Assembly (NCBI GenBank): GCA_030295235.1 | Contig: AP026169.1 | Coordinates: 62,001 to 126,000, forward strand | Reading direction: 5' to 3' | From: Fistulifera solaris | Taxonomy: Eukaryota | Length of the DNA stretch: 64,000 nucleotides | Shown: positions 49,558 through 61,646 of the stretch, piece after piece | Position numbering within the stretch: the stretch's first letter is position 1 | Layout: each line of letters begins with the position of its first letter | Position numbers and translations under genes: made by a program | Notes under the pieces: model-generated | What the model was told of the DNA's origin: nothing | Databases searched by the model: none | What the model saw: only the letters and a program-made list of their open reading frames with translations

Positions 49558-50196
49558 TCAGGCCGCTACGGCAGCCGATTTTCCGGGTGCCGCTAGGAAG
49601 GGGCTTCGTACACGAAAGTGTGTGAACTTTTTCACTTCCGCCCGGGCCTTGCTGAGCAACGACGACTTGATCTTTTGGCAGTATTCTCGAGCTTCCAAAG
49701 CATCAGCAATTGCCAGATTCTGGGCGGCTTCTTGGCATTGCGCGGCAGCGGCATCGAGATACGCTTGAGAAATCAGTTCTGGCTTTTTGATTCCGGCCAA
49801 TCGCTGTCTTCGTTGTTCGTCGAGAACAGCCTTGATTCCATTTAATTTGTTTTCTTGACGAAGATTGGCGCCCTTTCGAGTGCGATACTCGAGACCACGC
49901 GTCGTTTCCTTGTCGCTTTCTTCGACGATCTCATTCTTCATCATCTTCCGAAGAATGGGAATGATATTGCTCTTCATCGCGTTGTATTCAGTCTTGTCGT
50001 ACCATGTTGCCCGGAGATCTTCAATGCCCATGGAAGCACGGCTGGCTATGGGAAAACTTTCGTTGAAAGCTAGCGAAATCTTCACCCGAAGTCGGCGTTT
50101 CAAAGTCACGGGGAAGACACGTGGTGAACTGGCAGGAGAACTGGCTTCCGTCATGAGAGTTTGGCTATCGTCGTCGATCAATTTTTGGAACGTCAT
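49558..50196 (-). CDS. Diatom-type hypothetical protein (WY...RGLE...VLDEQ family)
   Basis: ATWYDKTEY, TTRGLEYRT and AVLDEQ shared with 44660..45346. Confidence 0.75.
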   Translation of the reverse strand: MTFQKLIDDDSQTLMTEASSPASSPRVFPVTLKRRLRVKISLAFNESFPIASRASMGIEDLRATWYDKTEYNAMKSNIIPILRKMMKNEIVEESDKETTRGLEYRTRKGANLRQENKLNGIKAVLDEQRRQRLAGIKKPELISQAYLDAAAAQCQEAAQNLAIADALEAREYCQKIKSSLLSKARAEVKKFTHFRVRSPFLAAPGKSAAVAA

Positions 50197-51938
50197 GTTA
50201 AATTCGATGTTTTTGATTCGAGAAGAGATGTATGTGCTTCACTTCCTTGGTGCAGATGGAATTATGGCACAAAAACGAAAAAGGGTGTAAGTCGAAACAC
50301 AAAGCCCGCTCCCGCTCAGTCTCAGTATGTAGTTTGTCTCATTGAAGGAGAGGAAAGAACAGAAAGGAAAATGACCTTTTGATTTCTGAACTTCATCGCT
50401 GATACAGGTTTGTAGTGGGCAATAATCTTCATCGCTCTTCTCTTTCGTTCTTTCCTTCGGGTTGTCTAAAATGCGAATCCAAAAATTCCCTTTTTGAAGT
50501 GACTTGAAGATCTAGCTAACTTCTCGCTTCTGCTAGTGCGTACGAAAGGCTCAATTAGAAATCTAATTTGTAATTAGTACACAAAAATACTAGTCGTGTA
50601 ACACGGGCATTCGTCTCTCTTATTGCCTTTGACTTCCTTCAGGCTTTAGGGATTCTTTGAGAACGACAGAAAGTTCATCGTAAAACGAAACATCAAGAAG
50701 GCACGAGCTATTTAATTATTGCCCTTCCGGCAAAATAGTCATTCCTTCAAAAAGTGCTTGGCGCAATTTCTGAGTCTTTTTTAGTGCCTTCTTCCAAAAC
50801 CAAGGTGAAAAACGTTTAGTGTATAGCGTTACAACATCAGGCTTCTGATGAAGTTGACAGTTGGTAATCCTAGAAACGAACCGTGAATAGTGTGAATAGT
50901 GAACGCAATTCGAAAAATTGGAAACGATTCAAGTTGCCCACTTCGTATTTCGTATTTCGTACGAATCACTAATCACTAATCAGTAATCATAAATCATCGA
51001 TGAATTCTATCATCTGGACGTGAAGCTTTAAAGAATATTCTTCAAGTCAAAGTGCGCAGTCAGGACATTGATGCATCAATGGCCCGGTCATCTTTTGGAT
51101 TCACACGGTTTTGACCGACGACGCGCTTCTGTTAATTGTTAATTGTCATGGGCCGAGGTATGTCACTGTCGGAATGTCGAGGCAAAAATGAAGCAATTTA
51201 AGGCAATCTATCCACTAACATCTTATACTTTATTATAAGCAATCAAGCTGATCATATCAGCTTGACCTTCTTCTCGGCAGAAACTGAACTCTAGGCAATT
51301 GGATTTTACGAGAGCTCCCGTTGCTCTAGAAATCCGGACGACCTGACAATGTCAAGTTTTGATCCACCACGGTTTATCTGTCTGCATGCCTTCATATTAT
51401 AAGCCCTTTAGTTTCCGAATCCCTTTTGTTGAGATGATTTTCTCTAGTTCTAGAGACTAGAAGACTACCAGTAGAGACTAGTTGCATAATTTGTTCTGGC
51501 CAGCGTAGGGTAAACGGTAAACGCGAACGATAATCGATTTTTCTGTCGTCTGGCCGCAGCTACGTTCCACATCGTCTTTTACAATGACTCGGAGTGTACC
51601 GATGTGGTTCTTGCTTTTCCCTTTCGGCGCAACGACGAAAAGATTTGTTGTGGTGCTCCGCAAGTCGTCGGCTGTTTGTGTGTTTTTGAAGGATGAAATC
51701 GAGAGCAGCGTCACCCAAATCGGAGATGCTCTCTCCGCAAACCAAAACAGCGAATGCCTTGGGGCGAAACGCTGTTTGTTGGATCTTTTTAGTTGATCCC
51801 TTGCATTCATCTTCATTTTCTGGAAGCATTGATTCATTCCTATCATAGTTTTAAGTGTGTGCTGTCATTACGAAGCCTGAAACGTAGCATTTCTGAGACA
51901 CTTTTTGTTGCTGGCATTTTTCACGATATAACGGTATC

Positions 51939-54900
51939 ATGGAAGACACGACAGAGGATGCCCCCGTACCCGTGAGAAAGATCAAAACGGCTTTTCTCTA
52001 TTATCAAGGTGATCAGTTGAGCAAAATACGAGCCGAAATGGGTTTATCGATGGGTGATGCCATGACGCAGGTACGTTTCCACAAGAGAAGCATTTTGAGT
52101 CACAATCCTCTCTCTGTCTCTCTCTCAAACACGTAATGTTGCAGCTGGCCGCACGTTGGAGAAATTTATCGGCCGAAGAAAAACAACCCTACCTCGATCA
52201 AGAAGAAGCCGATCGAGAGCGCTTTCAGCGCGAATCGGCAGAAGCGGATGCCAAAGCCATGGCGATCCAGGAAGCACGCCGACAGGCCTTGTCGATCCAA
52301 GACGGAGAAGATCACACGAGTCGGGGTGCTCGTCGTCGCGTCGAGCAAATGCGTGAACTGAAGCAACAGAATCATCGGGAACCGACGTGGTCGGCGGAAG
52401 TACTCGAGCGACGGGCGCAGCAACAAGCAGAAACGGCGGCCCGACGGGAAGAACGAGCGAGGCAAGAAGAAGAGCTAAAGAAGAAGCACCGGAAACTTGA
52501 TAAGGAAGAATCGAAGAAGGCAGCTCAACGACTAGAATACCTGCTGGCGCAATCGTCCATTTTCTCCAGGCTCCAAGACGGGGGTAAAACGGAAGGAAAA
52601 AATAAGGAAAACGGAAAAGCTCGTCAGCGTGGAGCACATCATATTCATGATAAAGATAGCACGGCTTCTGATGAAGAAGAGGAAGACGAAGAAGAAAACG
52701 GCTCGAATACGGTTTTTCTCTCGCAACAGCCATCCTGTATTAAGTTTGGACAGTTGAAACCATACCAACTTGAATCGCTCAACTGGATGATTCATTTATC
52801 GGAGAAAGGTTTGAACGGAATCTTGGCAGATGGTAAGCATGAAAAGTTGCTGCGCATAATGTTTTACTTTCGAGTGAATTGTTCTGACGTGCTACCCTCT
52901 CGTCATAGAAATGGGTCTCGGGAAAACCTTGCAATCGATTTCCATCATGGCGTACCACTACGAATATAAACGCAGTCAGGGGCCTCATCTAGTTTGTGTT
53001 CCTAAATCGACTTTATCGAACTGGATGAAGGAAATTAATCGATGGTGCCCGGCACTTCGAGTTATCAAGTTTCACGGTAGTCGAGAAGATCGTGAGGAGA
53101 TGGTTGACAATTTTTTCACGAACGAAGCTGCCGCACACGACGGCCGTCGACCTGATAAGCAGATCATGAATGGGTCAGGGGAACTTATCGATGATAACAC
53201 GGATAACCCGCGTGCTTGGGACGTCTGTATTACCACGTATGAAATTGCGAATATGGAGAGAAAAACACTACAGAAGTTCACATGGAAGTATTTGGTTATT
53301 GATGAAGCACATCGTTTAAAGAATGATGCAAGTATGTTTAGCAAAACGGTCCGATCGTTCCGTACGTCAAATCGGCTGTTGCTGACGGGCACTCCGTTGC
53401 AAAACAACCTCCATGAACTGTGGGCATTGCTCAATTTTTTGCTGCCCGATATTTTTTCTTCTGCTGAGCAATTTGATGAGTGGTTTGACCTTGAAATTGA
53501 AGATGAAGAGGCAAAAAGAACATCATCTCTCAGTTGCACAAAATTCTAAGACCATTCATGCTGCGCCGTCTCAAGTCAGATGTGGCCAAGGGCCTCCCTC
53601 CAAAAACAGAAACAATCTTGTACGTCGGTATGTCGAAGATGCAAAAGCAGCTTTACAAACAGCTACTAATGCGAGACTTGGACAGTATTACCGGTAAAGC
53701 TTCCGGAAAGAATCGCACGACTATTCTCAACATTGTGATGCAGCTCAGAAAGTGTTGCGGTCACCCTTACCTGTTCGAAGGAGTCGAAGATCGGTCGTTG
53801 GACCCATTAGGCGAACATCTTGTCGAAAATTGTGGTAAATTGAGCATGGTCGACAAGCTTCTGAAACGTCTGAAAGAGCGAGGGGATCGGGTTCTTATTT
53901 TCACTCAGATGACCCGGGTACTCGATATTCTGGAGGATTTCATGTTCATGCGGGGATATCAATATTGTCGAATTGACGGAAATACAAATTATGATGACCG
54001 TGAAAGCCAAATTGATGAGTTCAATAGACCAGGAAGTGAAAAGTTTTGCTTCTTGTTGTCCACGCGCGCCGGTGGACTGGGCATTAATCTTCAAACAGCT
54101 AATATTTGCATCCTTTACGATTCCGACTGGTAGGTTATGAAGCTACGTTTGATTGACCTTCTACCAGATTTACTGACGCCGCCATCGCAGGAATCCACAG
54201 CAAGATTTACAGGCACAAGACAGATGCCATCGCCTTGGTCAGAAAAAACCAGTAACTGTCTTTCGTCTTGTCTCGGAAAATACCATCGAAGAAAAAATAG
54301 TGGAACGAGCGCAACAAAAACTTAAGCTTGACGCTATGGTAGTGCAACAAGGACGCCTCAAGGACAAAGATAAAGTCACTAAAGAGGAAATCTTGGCTGC
54401 GGTCCGTTTCGGAGCAGACACGATTTTTCGTTCGGAAGAGTCCACAATTACCGACGAAGATATCGATGTCATCCTTCAGCGAGGAGAGGCAAAGACAAAA
54501 GAATTAGCCGAGAGGCTTCAAAAGGCTGACAAAGGAGACCTTTTAGATTTCAGACTCGATGGAGGGATATCTGCTCAGACGTTCGAGGGAATTGACTACA
54601 GCGACAAGGATCTGCGTGATCATTTACGAATGCTGGCGGCTAACTCGGTCGGAAAACGTGAGCGAAGACCTCCTCCAAGCAGCTACAATCCTATTATTCA
54701 ATCCAAGAAGTCCATGATTGTGAACAATAAGCGTATCAAATTGCCAAAGCCACTTCGACTTCCTCAAATGGAGGACCACCACTTCTACAACCGAGAACGT
54801 TTGCTCGAACTAGGACACCTTGAGTTTGAAAACTATGCCGCACTGCGCGAGAAAGGCCAGCTTCCAGCTAAGGAGATCATAGAACGAAACCGATCCCTTT

Positions 54901-56735
54901 TACCTCCTGAGATGGCCCAGGAAAAACGTGAACTCATGGAAGAGGGTTTCGGGGATTGGAGCCGCAGTCAGTACTATCATTTCGTTAAGGCGTGTGCCAA
55001 ATACGGAAGACAAGACATTGCAAGCATTGCTGCTGACATGGATATGCCCGAGGAAGCTGTTGCCCCCTACAGTGAGGCATTCTGGAAGTACGGCCCTACT
55101 GAACTAAAAAATGAATGGGAACGCGTTCTCGGTAATATCGAACGCGGAGAGAAGAAGTTGGCAAAACAAAAGAAGCTCAGTGGTTTACTGACTGAGTTTG
55201 TTAAAACCTTTGATAATCCTCGTCATGAAATGGTGTTTGCCAACAAGGGCACAACTCATTTCGCACTTGAGCAAGATCGAGCACTTCTTTGCGCAGTCGA
55301 AAAGCATGGCTATGGGAACTGGGATTTAGTCCGTGAAGAGATTCGGACGGATAATGCTTTGAAATTCCAGCATTCGGTTCAAGGTATGTCAGTTCAGGCG
55401 ATCGCCAAGCGCTGCGACTACAGAATGCGTCAGATGGAAAAAGAACTCGAAGCTCGCGAGAAGATGATGAAGAGCAGAAAACCTGCCAATATTCTAGCAG
55501 CTCAACGTGCGGTCGAATCAATCAGAGAAATGGATTTGTGGGATATTCAAGCACGCGAAGCCGAACTGGAAGGAGAAGAACCGCCACCAATCAGTGGTCT
55601 TTCTGAGACGGCCCGGTCGGTTTTGGAGGAGCGATTGACCGACCGCGCAGCACACATAGCACGCTTGCGGGAAATAGAAGTACAAGTACAAAAATGTGCC
55701 CTTATTGCGGAAGAAACCCGACAGGCCATTCTGCGAGGGGACCAGTATGTCAACTATAGCAGTATCACATTGAAGTCCGCCACTGGACCTTCTGGAAAGG
55801 ATGATACCAAACCAGGCGGCCCCACACTCCAAGACGGTATTGAAATCGAGCGATTGATTAATCCATTGATCCTGAAGATTCCAGCCTGTCGACAGTGCGA
55901 AAACTGCAACACTAATACAAAGCTTTGCTGTAGACGGTTGGAGGAACGTGAGCGTCTTTTGTCCGAAGAGACCATGAAGAGATTAGGAAACGACGGTGTA
56001 AAGAAAACCAAGAAACGCAAGCATGGCGATTCGTTGGCTACCTCTTCACCGAAGAAGACTGCATCCTCCACATCGTATACCATCAAGCCTCTGGAGCCCC
56101 CGAAAAGAAGAAAAAAGCTGCTCATGCAAAAGGCTGACGGTCAACTGAAAGTCCGCGTCACTTCCCAAGGCAACAAGCGCATGACCATTCCAGACGAAGT
56201 ATTTCCCGAATTTGTTCGCCGTGTCGGCTTGGGTACGGGTGAACGTGTGACTGTCATCAATCAATTTGTGGAGGATTACCCCACGATTTCCGCGCGTCAA
56301 GTGACTCTCAAGTTTCAAGAAATTTGTACGAAAGATCGACCAAAGTGTGTGCCGCCAGAACTCACGCCCAAAAAGAAGAAGAAAATGGGACGGACGTTTA
56401 TGTTTTATTTGCGGCCTTGTTTTTACAAACACTTGGATCCGGATGTTCGTCCTCCCGATTGGGAAACGTATGCCGAAGCCGACGAGATTGAATGGCAGCG
56501 CGAGTTGACAGCCAATCCTCGTCCAGACAATGAGGAAGGAAGGTCACCGGACAAAATGAGCAGCTCCGGTTCAATCACATCAAATTTGAATGAGTCGCAA
56601 GTCATGGATGATGTGGATCATTCCGTTGATGATGCTTCCGGTACGGGTGAAGAGGCTTCTGGATTCGGAGAAGATGCTTCGGGAACCGGTGATGATCAAA
56701 TGGATACTGGGGACGAAACGGAAGACGAAGAGTAG
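51939..56735 (+). CDS. ISWI: ISWI-family SNF2 chromatin remodeller with N-terminal HMG box; introns 52071..52144, 52833..52908, 54130..54190; apparent frameshift at ~53515
   Basis: [81 protein letters not shown]-like EEGFGDWSR...KYGR and HGYGNWD...RCD. All three introns are GT..AG and frame-consistent. Confidence 0.93.
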
Positions 56736-56806
56736 CAATAGAATGGTCCTATAGATTTAGTTGCTTATACCACATTCTTTTCCTGTAGAAGCTTGGCAAA
56801 GGGTGA

Positions 56807-57500
56807 TCACGCCTCCCAATTCATGGAGTGATCGGTGGTACTCGTTGGACTCCACGTGCATCGTCGTTTGGCGGGTTGTTCGGTAACAACGGCATGCCAT
56901 GACTGCATTTTTTCCTGTTCCATACTACTGGTACGTTTCCCACTAGCAGTAGTAGTAGTAGTAGTTGTTGTTGTTGTTGTTGTTGTTGTTGTAGTAGTAG
57001 TTGTAGTTGGATTCTCGGGAGACCCTACCGCATCTTGAGGCCATTCGCATCTCCACGAATCATCATTCGATGCCGGTCCAATGGGCATTTTCCGTATCGT
57101 CCAATGAGGATCGTGCGCCGCATGCTGTTGCGCTACTTGAAGCGCCCCATCTCCGACAAAGACATACAGCGCAGTCGAAGAAGGATGTTCTTCTTGTTGC
57201 ACACGACGACGTGAATCACCGACCGTTTCGTTCCAACACAATGTGTAGGCATCGTACTGATTGTTAGGACTCGAATACGATCCCACCACCACCGCATCGA
57301 CTTTTCGTATCCAAAAAGTGCCCCGGCGACGGCAAAGCCGTACGTGATGGCGTGTGGCATGGGAACTGTCCGGACCGGTTGTTGTGTTTCTTCCGCTACG
57401 GCGTGTGCCGATTGGTAGGCGAGAATTTGGGCCGATTCTGGTGTCACCAAGAGACGGTGACAATCGATCGGATCGAATGGATGGGGACCGGAAAACCAAC
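56807..57500 (-). CDS. Possible hypothetical protein with poly-Thr tract (frame and start uncertain)
   Basis: Overlapping ORFs 56807..57697 and 57133..57537 fill the gap between convergent ISWI and divergent PPAN; no motif recognised. Confidence 0.35.
56948..57008. repeat. (GTA/GTT)n trinucleotide microsatellite
   Basis: About 20 GTW units; poly-Thr on the minus strand. Confidence 0.9.
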
Positions 57501-58107
57501 ATTTTTGTACTAAATACAAAGAAATGATTCGCTGCATTGTTGCATACGAGAGAGATAGAGAGAGAGAGAAACGGAGAGTTGTTAGAGGATATTTGTGTAT
57601 CTATCTGTCTGATGAAGCGAAAATTCTCTGTGGTGAATTCGGTCGCATCAAGATCTATGATAGTCTTTGTCTGATGGGAAGGAACGAAGACAATCAATCA
57701 CTAATGTGTATGACTAAATGAATGAATGAACGAATGAATGCTGCAATATGAAAAGGAGAAGAAAGTTGTCCGTCCTGTAGACTATGTAATAAAGCCTTCT
57801 ATTTGAATGCAACTTAACTTGTTTGCCTACCAGCTACCGTACCAGTACCAGGTACTGCCTACCAGTATCTGGGGCAATTTCCATTCACGACGTACCGGTA
57901 CTCCAAAGTAAGTTTAGGACTATAGCATATCATGTAGGAGGCAGATAGAAAGTCCACGTCCGGCCGCTACCCGTTCATCGCCTTTTGTCACCACGCAAAT
58001 AATAATAGTTTCAGGTTTCGTTCGGCCTTTTTCTTTTACACTTTTTTCTCAACGACAATTTGTTTTTTGTCAAGAGGTATCCATTGCAAAACAAACAAAC
58101 AATTATC

Positions 58108-59338
58108 ATGCCCAAAGTAGGAAGAAGAAGGAAAAAGAATCGAACGCACGTCGTAGAAAATGAAGCTCCGCAATCCGCCTTGACGGCCAAGAAGGAGGAA
58201 CTCAAAGTACCCAAATCACTCGTCATGCGTCGAGGGAAAACGGCACCCGAAGTAGGAGAGCTGGTTACCGATTTGCGGCATCTCATGTTGCCGTACACCG
58301 CATTGCATTTTCAGGAAGATCCGAAAAATCGTAAATTGACGTTATCGCAATACGCGACGAATCTCGCGCTGCCCATGGGCATTACTCACATGATGTCCTT
58401 CTCGCAGAACGACGAACGTCTCAATATGCGATTGGCACGAACTCCCGAAGGACCGACTCTGTCTTTTCGTATTCACCAATTCAGTCTCACCAAACACATC
58501 AAGAAATTGCAAAAACGACCCGTCGCGTACACGGCATCGTTGAGTTCCAATCCACCCATTGTCGTGACCAACAATTTCGGGGATGCTGCGGCTCCTCCCT
58601 CACGTCAAACTTATGCGCATTACCTTTCAAAACATGTTCCCCGCCACGAATGTGTCGACGGTGCGTTTGAGTGAATGTCGTCGTGTGGTATTGTTTCATT
58701 TATTGGAAGCCCAAGAAGTGGGTGTCGTCGATGGGGAAACCCGATCGGTGGTCCAAATGCGTCATTACGCGATCCGCGCGACGCCCGTCGGTGTGAATCG
58801 TCGCATTCGACGCATCGTAAAAGATAAATTGCCCAATTTGAGCAAATGTCAAGACATTGCGGATTATTTAGGTGCCGGTGCTATTTCCGATGGGGCCAGT
58901 GATTCCGAGCCGGAAGAAGATTTAGTAGTGCAATTGCCCGACAAGTACGTTGGCAAAGGAAATACCAAGGCACAAAAGTCGGCTTTAAAGTTGGTCGAAA
59001 TTGGTCCGCGGTTATCGATGGAACTGGTCAAAGTGGAAAAAGGATTGGGCGCGGGTGATGTGTTGTATCATGCGCACGTTCAGAAATCGCCCGAGGAGGC
59101 CGCGGCACTCAAGGCTCGCAAAGAGCGAGAAGCGGAGTTGAAAATGCAACGAAAGGCACTTCAACAAGCCAATGTAGAACGCAAACGCAAAGCGGCGGAA
59201 GAGAAGAAGGAAGCCAAGAAACAGCGCAAGGCGGAACGTGAAAAAGCTACCTTGGAAGCTTTGCGACAGGGAAGGGCTGTTCCGGAACATGATGATGACG
59301 ACGACGACGAAGAGGAGGAAGAAGAGGATAACCACTAG
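58108..59338 (+). CDS. PPAN: Peter Pan/SSF1 Brix-domain ribosome biogenesis protein; apparent frameshift at ~58597
   Basis: RRRKKNRTH, DLRHLMLPYTA, RTPEGPTLSF, ITFQNMFP, CRRVVLF and LKLVEIGPRLSMELVKVEKGL. Confidence 0.92.
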
Positions 59339-59473
59339 TTTGCTATTTGAAAAATTGTAGGATTGCGTGCGTATTGTTCCTATTTCCACAACTGCGTTTG
59401 CATGCAATAGATGGTTAGTACACTTTTGTAAAGAAGTTATCTTAATGTTAAAGTTCCTTCGTAATTGTTAGGT

Positions 59474-59562
59474 GCTCCTATAGCTCAGTTGGCAGAGCGT
59501 ACGTCTCATAATCCGAACCATCAGCAAGCGTAAGGCCGGCAGTTCGATCCTGTCTGGGAGCA
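59474..59562 (+). tRNA. tRNA-Met(CAT): Elongator tRNA-Met (CAT) with canonical 16-nt intron at 59511..59526
   Basis: Acceptor GCTCCTA/TGGGAGC+A; D arm GCTC-AGTTGGCA-GAGC; anticodon stem TACGT/GCGTA with CT-CAT-A; T arm GGCAG-TTCGATC-CTGTC; oligo-T Pol III terminator just downstream. Confidence 0.93.
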
Positions 59563-59985
59563 ACTTTTTTATTTTTGACGGCATTTCTGAAGATTATTAT
59601 TAGATCGTGTTGATTATTCTTCGCATGGTTTAGATTACCGTGCCTCCTTGAAACTGTTTTGTGGATTGGCTGGCTGTTGTTGGGAGGTGCACGCATGTTC
59701 ATGTTTGTTTTCTTTTGTTTTCTGATTTGGGCAAACTACAAAGTATTGCTTTACGCCTTAACCGGTACTTGTACAACGTACAACTAACGACACTTCCCTC
59801 TACAGCCTGTACATCGCTCGCTCGAGCGTCCGATCGTTATTGCGTGGTAGTCGACCTGCTACTGTACAAATCCGCATCCCTCTTCCACACCACAAACGAA
59901 AAAGACACGCGTATCGGCATCCTGACATTGCTACATTAAATAATACATCAAACAAGTACAACACAACAACAGTCCGCAACCAAGA

Positions 59986-61316
59986 ATGGTTTCGTATCGA
60001 TTTCTAGCATTTTTAACGGCGAGTCTGCTAGCCAGCCCCGGCGCTGCCTTTGTTCCTTCTGTGCAACGCTCTTCGTCGGCTTCCTCATTATTAGGAGCCG
60101 TCGCCAAGAAGGATTCGTATGCGGTGACACTTCTTCCCGGTGACGGCATCGGTCCCGAAATTACGGCCGCCACCAAGCAAGTCCTGCAAGCACTCGCGAC
60201 GCGCTGCAACTTTCGTATTGAATGGAAGGAAGCCTTGATTGGCGGAGCCGCCATTGATGCGAAAAATGATCCCTTTCCACAAGAATCGTTAGAACAGTGC
60301 TTGGCTTCGGATTCGGTCTTATTGGCTTGTATTGGTGGCTACAAATGGGACAAGAATCCTCGGGAATTGCGTCCCGAAACCGGTCTATTGAAAATGCGCA
60401 AAGAAATGGGTCTCTTTGCCAATTTGCGCCCGGCCAAAGTGTTGCCGCAATTGATTGACGCTTCGACTCTCAAAAGAGAAGTCGTTGAAGGTGTCGATGT
60501 CATGGTGGTACGAGAATTGACGGGAGATGTGTATTTTGGTACCCCGAAAGGTATCGATATGGTCAATGGTACGTGCGCAAAAAAGGAATTGTAGGCGTGT
60601 GTGGGTTTTGCATATTATGATTGATAATTGCTAAACGAATTCGCTTCACTTTCTTTGTTTCGACAGGACAACGGGTCGGCTACAACAACATGATCTATTC
60701 CGAATCCGAAATTGATCGCATTGCTCGTGTCGCGGGAGATGTCGCCAGCAAACGGGGCGGGAAGCTCTGCAGTGTCGACAAGGCCAATGTCTTGGATGTC
60801 AGTCAGTTGTGGCGGGATGTGGTGACCGATGTCATTACGAAAGATTTTCCCGAAGTCGAATTGAGTCACATGTACGTAGACAACGCCGCCATGCAATTGA
60901 TTCGCTGGCCCAAACAGTTTGATACCATTGTGTGTGGTAATATTTTTGGGGATATCTTGTCGGACGAAGCTTCCATGTTGGTCGGTAGTTTGGGCATGTT
61001 GCCGTCGGCGTCGATTGGTGAGTCGGGACCGGGAGTCTTTGAACCCTGTCACGGATCGGCACCCGATATTGCGGGTCAAGACAAGGCCAACCCGTTGGCT
61101 ATGATCTTGTCGGCGGCCATGATGTTGCAATACGATTTGGATCGTCCGGAGGAAGCAGCCTTGCTCGAAAAGGCCGTCGAAGCCGCTTTGGATGCCGGAG
61201 TTCGTACTCCTGATTTGAAACAAGACAACGATGGTTGTAAGTTAGTGGGATGTGCCGAAATGGGCCAGGTGGTGGCGAAACTGGTGGCGGAAATTGAAGT
61301 TGACATTAAGGTTTAA
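59986..61316 (+). CDS. leuB: Plastid 3-isopropylmalate dehydrogenase; intron 60569..60666
   Basis: Signal + AAFVP presequence; [41 protein letters not shown] and [12 protein letters not shown]. Confidence 0.96.
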
Positions 61317-61646
61317 GGGTAGCTGTCTGTCATTCGTAGGATTGATTAGTTTTTGACCAACTACGTAGTAATGATGATTCATTCGTGTTTCCTTTCTCAG
61401 TCCCGACCGTTGGGTTTGTACTTTAGGACCGATATTGTTTTGGGGGTGAAAATAAAGACGAACGAACAATCAAGGAAAGAGAATGGTCGCCGTCTTTTTG
61501 TGAGAATAGAAGGACTGCGTTGGGAAAGAGGATGTCAAAAATTTTGTAATAACAACATCATGTCTCCTAGAATAGATCGACTATTACAATTCAGATTCTA
61601 GAGAGAGCGCAAGGAGGAGAAGAGAAAGCAACCTCTTAATTCTCGC

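Noticed and set aside
50300..51900. Long intergenic region with ORF 51478..51846 and short repeats (TTCGTAT, CACTAAT)
   Set aside because: No protein family, RNA structure or terminal repeats recognised; the repeats have only 2-3 copies.
59474..59562. Initiator tRNA-Met or an unusual long-arm tRNA
   Set aside because: G1-C72 and a TTC T-loop indicate elongator Met; the extra 16 nt sit at the canonical 37/38 intron position.
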